Of a stretch of 64,000 nt of DNA, positions 57,209 through 64,000 are shown one piece after another. How positions within the stretch are numbered: the first letter of the stretch is position 1; each line of letters opens with the position of its first letter. The position numbers were made by a program, and so were the translations under genes. Origin of the DNA: a virus. The DNA is taken from positions 1,848 to 65,847 of IMG/VR virus record IMGVR_UViG_2806310403_000001. The stretch is one strand, 5' to 3'. The notes below the pieces were generated by a model, which was not told where the DNA came from, made no database searches, and worked only from the letters and a program-made list of their open reading frames with translations.

Positions 57209-58180
57209 GTGAACGGAATCATAAGAGATGAGCTGCAGACCATTGAACAAGGCCATGACCGATCGAAGTTTCTCGGTGGCAGCGACATTGCGGCGGTCCT
57301 TGGCCTGAGCCCATGGAAAACGCCTGTGGATCTGTGGCGGGACAAGACGACGCCGCGATCCGAGGGTCAGAGGAAGCGAGTCTTCGCCCGCGGCATTCGC
57401 TGGGAGTCCGTCGTTGCAGAAATGCTGGTCGAGCGCCTGAAGGCCGACGGTCACACGGTTGAAATCGTAGGAACAAACAACCGCTATCGTGACCAAGAGC
57501 ACACCTTCATGGCGGCCGAGATCGACTTCGAGATCAAGCTCGATGGAGAGGAAGAGATCACCAATGTCGAACTGAAAACCGTGCATCCTTTCAAGATGCG
57601 CGAGTGGGGCGACTCGGACAGCGACGACATACCGGTGCACTACACAGCGCAGGTCATGCACGGACTGGGCGTCACTGGACGCCGCAAGGCCATCCTCGCA
57701 GCTCTGTTTGGTGCTGACGAGCTACGCGCCTATCCAGTCGATCGAGACGATGAGACCGTCCAGGCCTTACGACAACGCGGAGCCACTTTCTGGCGCGATC
57801 ACGTTCTGACCGGAATACCGCCAGAGCCGATCAACATCACTGACACCGAGAAGCTGTTCGGGGACGACGGCGCAGAGAGCATGCCCGCTGATCCGATGCT
57901 GACGGAATGGCTCATGCGCATGCGCGCAATTCGTGCAGAAATCAAAGCCCGCGAGGCTGAGTACGAAGCTCTGGAATTCCAGACTCGACGCGCCATGGGA
58001 TCCACAACACACGTCCTCATGCCGAACGGCAAGACGGCGGCCGAATGGAAAAAACGCAGTGGATCCTTCCTGGATCAGGCCGCACTCAAGGAAGCTCACC
58101 CAAAGCTGGTGAAGGAATTCACTCGCAAATGGGACAAGCGCGTGTTCACGCTCAAATCGTTTGACACCGAAGGAATCTAA
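57209..58180 (+). CDS. YqaJ-family viral recombinase exonuclease
   Basis: R..LGGSDIAAVLGLSPWKTP..LW, AEID, VELKT, P.HY.AQV. Confidence 0.9.
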   Translation: MNGIIRDELQTIEQGHDRSKFLGGSDIAAVLGLSPWKTPVDLWRDKTTPRSEGQRKRVFARGIRWESVVAEMLVERLKADGHTVEIVGTNNRYRDQEHTFMAAEIDFEIKLDGEEEITNVELKTVHPFKMREWGDSDSDDIPVHYTAQVMHGLGVTGRRKAILAALFGADELRAYPVDRDDETVQALRQRGATFWRDHVLTGIPPEPINITDTEKLFGDDGAESMPADPMLTEWLMRMRAIRAEIKAREAEYEALEFQTRRAMGSTTHVLMPNGKTAAEWKKRSGSFLDQAALKEAHPKLVKEFTRKWDKRVFTLKSFDTEGI

Positions 58181-58182
58181 CC

Positions 58183-59049
58183 ATGTCCACACAAGCACTC
58201 AAAGCCGCGGCGACCGGCGCCGTAGCAACCGCGAAGCCGCAGACGCTGGCGACGCTCATTACTGCCGACAGCATGAAAAAGCAGTTTGCAGCAGCACTGC
58301 CAAAGCACATGACGCCCGATCGCTTCACCCGCGTCGCGCTGACCGAGCTTCGGAAGGTTCCAAAGTTGATGCAGGCCGACCCGCAGTCATTCATGGGCGC
58401 CATCATGCAGTGCGCACAGTTGGGTATCGAGCCTGGCGGCGCGCTGGGGCACGCCTACCTGCTACCGTTCGAAAACCGACGCACTGGCAAAACCGAGGTG
58501 CAGTTCATCCTCGGATACAAGGGGATGATCGACCTGGCACGACGCAGTGGGAAGATCGTCAGCATCGAGGCACGCGCCGTCTACGAGCGCGATGAATTCA
58601 GCGTCACCTTCGGACTCAACCCAGACCTGCAGCACAACCCTGCATGGGAAGACGCAGAGCGCGGCGATCTGCGCGCGGTCTACGCAGTTGCGAAACTCCA
58701 AGGAGGGGGCGTGCAATTCGAGGTCATGGGCCGAGCAGAAGTCGAGCGGATCATGCGCGAATCTCAGGGATGGAAAGCGGCAGAAGCCACTGCCCGCAAG
58801 TACAACCGGGAGCCCAATTCTCCATGGCATACGCACTTCGATGAGATGGCCAAGAAGACCGTGCTGCGCCGGCTGTTCAAGTACCTCCCTGTGAGCGTCG
58901 AGTACGTTGAGGCTCAGGAGCGCGAAGACCGCGACAGCATGATGGCCGACATTGAGTTGCCGGCAGATGCCGTCTATGAAGTGCCGAGCGAACAGCAAGA
59001 GGCCATCGAAGCGCAACCAACCGTCGAATCACAGGAAGAGCCGGCATGA
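58183..59049 (+). CDS. recT: RecT single-strand annealing protein
   Basis: ALPKHMTPDRF.R, QCAQLGIEP, GHAYLLPF, GYKGMIDLARRSG, MAKKTV.RRL.K.LP. Confidence 0.93.
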   Translation: MSTQALKAAATGAVATAKPQTLATLITADSMKKQFAAALPKHMTPDRFTRVALTELRKVPKLMQADPQSFMGAIMQCAQLGIEPGGALGHAYLLPFENRRTGKTEVQFILGYKGMIDLARRSGKIVSIEARAVYERDEFSVTFGLNPDLQHNPAWEDAERGDLRAVYAVAKLQGGGVQFEVMGRAEVERIMRESQGWKAAEATARKYNREPNSPWHTHFDEMAKKTVLRRLFKYLPVSVEYVEAQEREDRDSMMADIELPADAVYEVPSEQQEAIEAQPTVESQEEPA

Positions 59050-59129
59050 TCGCCACTGATGGCGGAAGCCATCTTGTAGCAGCACACAGCCCGCAATCGC
59101 GGGCTTTTCTTTTGTCTCCAGAGGAAACC

Positions 59130-60023
59130 ATGTTCCAAAACCTGCTGATCTACCGCCTGCCCGAGAACTGGCAGGCCGACCTGACGGACGCCGAAGGCGC
59201 CCTCGCGAAGAGCCCCTTCGTGCCCTGCTCGGCCACGCAGGAGAAATCCTCCGGCTGGGTGCCGCCGCGCGGTGATGCCCATGGCCCGCTGGTCGAGTCC
59301 ATCGACGGACAATGGATTCTGCGCTTCGCCACCGAGACCAAGATCCTGCCGGCCTCGGTGGTCGAGAGCAAGGTCGACGAGAAGGTCCAGCGCATCGAGG
59401 CCGAGAGCGGCCGCAAGTCCGGCAAGAAGGAGCGCCGCGACCTCAAGGACGAGGCTCGCCTGGAGTTGCTGCCCATGGCCTTCACCAAGCGCCAGGGCAC
59501 CTGGGTGTGGATCGACCAGGCCGGCCACTGGCTGGTCATCGATGCCGGCAGCCAGGGCCGCGCCGACGAGATCATCACGGCACTGGTCGAGCAATTGCCG
59601 GGCTTCGCCCCGCGCCTGCTGCAGACCGAGCAGACACCGGCGGCCGCCATGGCCGACTGGCTGAGCGAACAGGCGGCGCCCGGCAGATTCTCGCTGGACA
59701 ACGAATGCGAGTTGAAAAGCACCGACGAGACGCGCGCCGCCGTGCGCTATGCGCGCCATGCACTGGAGATCGAGGAGATCCGCCAGCACATCCAGGCCGG
59801 CAAGCGCCCAACCCGTCTTGGCATGGGCTGGAGCGATCGTGCCAGCTTCGTGCTGACCGAGGCGCTGCAGGTCAAGAAACTGGCGTTCTCGGATGCCGTG
59901 TTTGAGGGCAAGAGCGATGGCGACGACCACTTCGACGCCGACGTGGCGCTCACCACCGGCGAGTTGCGCCTGCTGTTGCCGCAGCTGATCGAGGCGCTGG
60001 GTGGCGAGATGCCGCTGCAATAA
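59130..60023 (+). CDS. rdgC: Recombination-associated protein RdgC
   Basis: MFQNLLIYRL, GWVPP, KILPASVV, ELLP.AF, FDADVAL. Confidence 0.92.
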   Translation: MFQNLLIYRLPENWQADLTDAEGALAKSPFVPCSATQEKSSGWVPPRGDAHGPLVESIDGQWILRFATETKILPASVVESKVDEKVQRIEAESGRKSGKKERRDLKDEARLELLPMAFTKRQGTWVWIDQAGHWLVIDAGSQGRADEIITALVEQLPGFAPRLLQTEQTPAAAMADWLSEQAAPGRFSLDNECELKSTDETRAAVRYARHALEIEEIRQHIQAGKRPTRLGMGWSDRASFVLTEALQVKKLAFSDAVFEGKSDGDDHFDADVALTTGELRLLLPQLIEALGGEMPLQ

Positions 60024-60080
60024 GCACGCCACTGATACCAACACCCAGCGCCCATGAGGCGCTATTTTTGTGAGAACAAC

Positions 60081-61085
60081 ATGTCCAAGAAATACGAATT
60101 CGTACCAGGCGACGAAATCACTATCGCGCCCGGTCGCACTGTAAAGCGGATCCGCGCGCTGGTTGCGATCGCGACACTCGGCATAGTGCCTGGCGATCTT
60201 GGCGGATACGTTGAGTCGGAGGCCAATTTGGCGCAGGTGTCCGGCAATGCGTGGGTGTCCGGCGATGCGCAGGTGTCCGGCGATGCGTGGGTGTCCGGCA
60301 ATGCGCAGGTGTACGGCGATGCGTGGGTGTCCGGCAATGCGCAGGTGTACGGCGATGCGCGGGTGTCCGGCAATGCGCAGGTGTCCGGCAATGCGTGGGT
60401 GTCCGGCAATGCGCAGGTGTACGGCGATGCGCGGGTGTCCGGCAATGCGCAGGTGTCCGGCAATGCGCAGGTGTACGGCGATGCGCGGGTGTCCGGCAAT
60501 GCGTGGGTGTCCGGCAATGCGTGGGTGTCCGGCAATGCGCAGGTGTCCGGCAATGCGCAGGTGTCCGGCAATGCGCAGGTGTCCGGCAATGCGCAGGTGT
60601 CCGGCAATGCGCAGGTGTACGGCGATGCGCGGGTGTCCGGCAATGCGCAGGTGTACGGCAATGCGTGGGTGTCCGGCAATGCGTGGGTGTCCGGCAATGC
60701 GTGGGTGTCCGGCGATGCGCAGGTGTCCGGCGATGCGCGGGTGTCCGGCAATGCGCAGGTGTCCGGCAATGCGCAGGTGTCCGGCAATGCGTGGGTGTCC
60801 GGCGATGCGCAGGTGTCCGGCAGAGGCCTCATCTTTTGGGCCTCGATTGTCGGCACCGAAAACGGCACGCTGACGGTCTACAACGCCAAGGACGACACGC
60901 TGCTCGTCACGCGGGGATGCTTTTCCGGCACGGTAGATGAGTTCCTGGCGAAATCAGCCAAGGTGCACGATGATCGGATCAAGCGCGAGTATCAGTTGCT
61001 GATCGAGGTTGCAGCATCGCGGATCGAAGCGGCGCTCGCCGAAACGGCAAAGCCGGAGGACGCGGATACAGCAAAGTCGCGTTGA
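60081..61085 (+). CDS. Hexapeptide-repeat (left-handed beta-helix) protein
   Basis: ~33 x (A[QWR]V[SY]G[ND]) between RIRAL..GDLGGYVESEANL and TRGCFSGT. Confidence 0.85.
   Translation: MSKKYEFVPGDEITIAPGRTVKRIRALVAIATLGIVPGDLGGYVESEANLAQVSGNAWVSGDAQVSGDAWVSGNAQVYGDAWVSGNAQVYGDARVSGNAQVSGNAWVSGNAQVYGDARVSGNAQVSGNAQVYGDARVSGNAWVSGNAWVSGNAQVSGNAQVSGNAQVSGNAQVSGNAQVYGDARVSGNAQVYGNAWVSGNAWVSGNAWVSGDAQVSGDARVSGNAQVSGNAQVSGNAWVSGDAQVSGRGLIFWASIVGTENGTLTVYNAKDDTLLVTRGCFSGTVDEFLAKSAKVHDDRIKREYQLLIEVAASRIEAALAETAKPEDADTAKSR
60231..60821. repeat. 18-bp tandem repeat array (GCG[CAG/TGG/CGG]GTGT[C/A]CGGC[A/G]AT)
   Basis: Direct reading; about 33 units. Confidence 0.95.
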
Positions 61086-61150
61086 AAACGAATTGGAAAT
61101 TGCCATCAGCCAATAGCGCCCTTGAGGCGCTTTTTTTCATGGAGCAACAT

Positions 61151-61505
61151 ATGACCAAGATCAGCAAATCCAAGCAGTTGCAACTCGATCGTCAGCAGCG
61201 CCGCGAGGCCCGCGACAAGAAGCGAGCAGAGGATGCGGCGCAACTCGATCGCCTGAAGAATCGAGTCGCAGAAATGTCAAAGCGCCCCCCCCCCAGAGCT
61301 TGCGGCATGGGGGTCTGTGCGAACGCAGGCGTTTGTAAAGGCCCTCACGCTCGCGCAGCACAAAGCATCGCTAAAGACGATCAAGCCTGGCCGTCTCGCG
61401 GAGTTTGTCGCCACGGTCGATCAAATCGGATCGCTACCGCTGTCGCGCTGCCACGAGATCGCTCGGCTCAGCGACACGGCGGCCCATCTGCATGCACCGG
61501 AGTGA
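61151..61505 (+). pseudogene. Hypothetical gene apparently frameshifted at a C10 tract (61285-61294)
   Basis: Removing one C joins MTKISKSK...KRPPP to ELAAWGSVRTQAFVK...HAPE*, ending just before the MTase start. Confidence 0.45.
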
Positions 61506-61509
61506 TGCC

Positions 61510-62049
61510 ATGGTTGCAAGCGTGCTAGATCCATGCTGCGGAGGACGGATGATGTGGTTTGACCCCTCTGACCAGCGCTGCCTTTTTGGCGATGTGCGTG
61601 ACGAGACAGTCAGCGTCACTGACCGTTCGCACCAGGAAGATGGCAAGCGCGTCATCGAGGTTCATCCTGATGTGCGGTTCGACTTCCGGGGAATGCCGTT
61701 CGACGACGAAACCTTCCATCTCGTTGTGTTCGATCCGCCGCATCTTGTCCGGGCGGGCAGGCGCAGTTGGATGGCAGCCAAGTACGGAAAACTCGGCGCG
61801 GACTGGCGCGACGACATGCGTCAGGGATTCGCCGAATGCTTCCGCGTGCTCAGGCCGCACGGCGTGCTGATCTTCAAGTGGAACGAAACGCAGGTGCCAG
61901 TTGCGCAGGTTCTTTCCTGTACGAGTGAGAAGCCCCTTTTCGGTCACCGCTCAGGGAAGCGCAGCGGAACGCACTGGATGACATTCATAAAAGGGTCCGC
62001 TATCAAGCGCACTCCACCAGCACCACAACCAACAACCAGCCCGGCATGA
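61510..62049 (+). CDS. Class I SAM-dependent (probable DNA amino-) methyltransferase
   Basis: LDPCCGGRMMWFD, VVFDPPHL, ECFRVL.P.G.LIFKW.E. Confidence 0.85.
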   Translation: MVASVLDPCCGGRMMWFDPSDQRCLFGDVRDETVSVTDRSHQEDGKRVIEVHPDVRFDFRGMPFDDETFHLVVFDPPHLVRAGRRSWMAAKYGKLGADWRDDMRQGFAECFRVLRPHGVLIFKWNETQVPVAQVLSCTSEKPLFGHRSGKRSGTHWMTFIKGSAIKRTPPAPQPTTSPA

Positions 62050-62077
62050 CCGGGCCTTTTCATATGCGGAGGACTGC

Positions 62078-63004
62078 ATGACCCAAACACCAAAAGGCCA
62101 GATCGCACGCGAGGGCCGTGTCTGCTTCCAAGATGCCAGCGTCTCAGTGTGGGAGGAAGGCTTAGCCGAAGCGAGAAATTCTGGCGGAATCAAAGGCGCT
62201 GACGCTTGGGAACTGGCTTTCAAACGCCAGGTGTTCGCACGCATCATCCAAACGCTCAACAAGATCGGCTGGACCGTGGCGCCTTGGGAGGATGCGCCAA
62301 AGTACCGCGCCATCGCTCTCTCATATCGCTCATGCCACAAGGGCGACCTGAAAGGCGAACTGTCGATCAGTGGACGCCACATCGAATTCAAGATGTGGCA
62401 GGACGTGACCCCTTCTGAGAACCGCAACGGGGGCCGCTACGACTTCCACAAGGAAGCGCGCATGCCCTACCTATTGAGGCTGGAGATGGAGCGCACGCGC
62501 CGGCGGATTCGCGACTACCTGTGCAACGTGTTCTCGGGCTACCACTTCGATCCGCCGCGCGACCCGCCGATGGGACTGATGGGTCTCACGGCCGATGAAA
62601 CGGCTCGCCATAACCGGATGACCTGTGGTCACTACAGGCCCGCGCTGGACCGCGCCGAAATCAGCATGGCTTCCAACGCCATCGCCGCCGACGGGGGGAC
62701 CATCGAGCATGGTTCACAGGTTTGGGCGCTGGACCCCAAGGGCCGCGTGATCACCGGGACGGCGTACCACTACCTCAACAGCACATGGCAAATCGTCACC
62801 GGCCGCTATGGCCTGACGCATTGCTTCACGCATGAGATTTTCACCGGCCGGCCCGAAGGCCTGCGCGTGAAGCGCAACGAGCGCGCGCGCCGCAAGCGCC
62901 TGGAGGGCGAGCTGGCCAAGGCCATCAAGGCCATGAACTACGAACGCGCCGCCGTGCTGCGCGACATCCTTTATCCCGACGGCCAGCACCTGAAAGCCGC
63001 ATGA
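62078..63004 (+). CDS. Hypothetical protein with C-terminal UVR-like motif
   Basis: GGAGG RBS; AIKAMNYERAAVLRD. Confidence 0.65.
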   Translation: MTQTPKGQIAREGRVCFQDASVSVWEEGLAEARNSGGIKGADAWELAFKRQVFARIIQTLNKIGWTVAPWEDAPKYRAIALSYRSCHKGDLKGELSISGRHIEFKMWQDVTPSENRNGGRYDFHKEARMPYLLRLEMERTRRRIRDYLCNVFSGYHFDPPRDPPMGLMGLTADETARHNRMTCGHYRPALDRAEISMASNAIAADGGTIEHGSQVWALDPKGRVITGTAYHYLNSTWQIVTGRYGLTHCFTHEIFTGRPEGLRVKRNERARRKRLEGELAKAIKAMNYERAAVLRDILYPDGQHLKAA

Positions 63005-63328
63005 ATGGACCCCGTCATGACCGACACACAACAACCCGAGGCGCTGAGCTGCGCTGAAACGCTTGATCTGCTTGCGAAATGTGATGACATCGCGATCCTG
63101 CAGGAGAGGATTGATGCAGCCAGACATCAGCGCTGGCTGCCTATTGGTACTGCCCCAAAAACCAAAGACATAGTGATTGCAACAGACGGCACCAAGGTCT
63201 ATCAATCACGGCGAGATGTACATGCCAATAGCAGCCGGAACAGGTACAAGAGTGCAGGCGGGGCATACATCATTGCAACCCACTGGATGCCTCTACCAGA
63301 CCCGCCATCGGCAAACGATCCTGCATAA
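63005..63328 (+). CDS. DUF551-like protein
   Basis: W.PI.TAPK ... THWMPLPDPP. Confidence 0.65.
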   Translation: MDPVMTDTQQPEALSCAETLDLLAKCDDIAILQERIDAARHQRWLPIGTAPKTKDIVIATDGTKVYQSRRDVHANSSRNRYKSAGGAYIIATHWMPLPDPPSANDPA

Positions 63329-63393
63329 ATCCAACCAGATTAAGCACCATATTCGAGACATTGTGGTGCTTTTCTATAAACAACGTACTGAAT

Positions 63394-63633
63394 ATGAGTC
63401 TTTACTACAAATCAAAGGCATCCATCGCGGTGACTCACTTGCCGACCGGCATCAGTGAGCACGCTGACGGGTATCGGAGCCAGCACGCAAACCGTGATGC
63501 CTGCCTGGTCAGGATCAAGAGCAAATTGGCATTGAGCGCCACGCATCCTCTGCCCATGCGGGCATCGTACGAACTGCCCAGCAACGAGCAATGTCCGGAC
63601 GATCTCACACAGCACAGAAGGTACGCAAAATGA
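63394..63633 (+). CDS. Release-factor domain-3-like protein lacking GGQ
   Basis: SIAVTHLPTGISEHADGYRSQHANRDACLVRIKSKL resembles RF1/RF2 'VR.THLPTG......RSQH.N...A...L..KL'. Confidence 0.6.
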   Translation: MSLYYKSKASIAVTHLPTGISEHADGYRSQHANRDACLVRIKSKLALSATHPLPMRASYELPSNEQCPDDLTQHRRYAK

Positions 63634-63854
63634 CGGTCATGACACACGAGCAGCAGATCCGGCTGATAGCCGCGGAAACCATGGGAGTGCCGGTCTCTGA
63701 GGTCAGCGACGATACGCAGATCACCGACTGGCGCCACATGACCATCATCAACGACGAGACGTGCATCGCGCTGCAGATCAACATCAGCGCGTCAGATGCT
63801 GCGCAATGCCGCACCGTCGGTGACTACATCGCGCTGGTGCGCGGTAAGCGCTGA
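63630..63854 (+). CDS. Acyl-carrier-protein-like protein lacking the DSL serine motif
   Basis: EQQIRLIAAETMGV..SEV..DT and I.IS..DA..CRTVGD.I..V match ACP helices I and III-IV. Confidence 0.6.
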   Translation: MTVMTHEQQIRLIAAETMGVPVSEVSDDTQITDWRHMTIINDETCIALQINISASDAAQCRTVGDYIALVRGKR

Positions 63855-63872
63855 GCATATCAGGATCAATCA

Positions 63873-63898
63873 GGCCGCCCACATGGGGCGGCTTTTTC
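63873..63898 (+). terminator. Rho-independent terminator
   Basis: GCCGCCCC-ACAT-GGGGCGGC-TTTTT. Confidence 0.75.
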
Positions 63899-63913
63899 AT
63901 GGAGGGATTGGAG

Positions 63914-64000
63914 ATGGCAGCATTTCTGACTGCAGATGAAGTCGCCACACTCACCGGGCGAAAATCAAAAAGTAAGCAGATTGAATGGCTGCGCCAGCAA
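63914..64000 (+). CDS. DUF4224-family excisionase-like protein (partial)
   Basis: MAAFLTADEVATLTGRKSKSKQIEWLRQQ; usually precedes a phage integrase. Confidence 0.75.
   Translation, partial: MAAFLTADEVATLTGRKSKSKQIEWLRQQ

Larger units (their letters stand above)
1..64000. mobile_element. Temperate prophage (lambdoid early region, podovirus-like N4-gp56/933W-type morphogenesis module), both ends outside the window
   Basis: Contiguous terminase, portal, capsid, cI/cro, replication, nin and recombination genes; no host housekeeping genes; excisionase-like gene at right edge. Confidence 0.95.

Noticed and set aside
60231..60821. 18-bp repeats as a CRISPR array
   Set aside because: No spacers; in-frame coding hexapeptide repeat.

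Overview
The whole window is the interior of one temperate prophage, probably in a beta- or gamma-proteobacterial host (GC-rich). It lacks both ends: a virion gene runs off the left edge, and a DUF4224 excisionase-like gene runs off the right edge, where the integrase probably follows. The early region is lambdoid: cro/cI with 15-bp operators, PR and PL, then initiator, DnaC-like loader, ninB/ninG, YqaJ-RecT and RdgC. The minus-strand morphogenesis region resembles 933W/N4-gp56-type podoviruses: TerS, TerL, portal, DUF4043 capsid, a 3.35-kaa polyvalent PLxRFG ejection protein and tail genes. No lysis genes, Q, N or cas operon are recognisable. The most striking accessory element is at about 23.2-27.8 kb. 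It is an orphan type I-F mini-CRISPR array (three 32-nt spacers) capped by an inverted repeat copy that forms a 22-bp hairpin, and it sits in line between a HEPN-domain gene pair and a YafO-family toxin pair. Other notable signals: (1) six copies of an exactly spaced late-promoter motif, most giving leaderless starts; (2) serial duplication of promoter plus N-terminal codons; (3) a CsrA-like gene with GGA-loop hairpins in late leaders; (4) an exported moron protein carrying the same peptide motif as the ejection-protein N-terminus; (5) a switchable tRNA-like RNA; (6) adjacent release-factor-like and ACP-like proteins lacking their catalytic motifs. All protein calls come from motif recognition by eye, not database searches.
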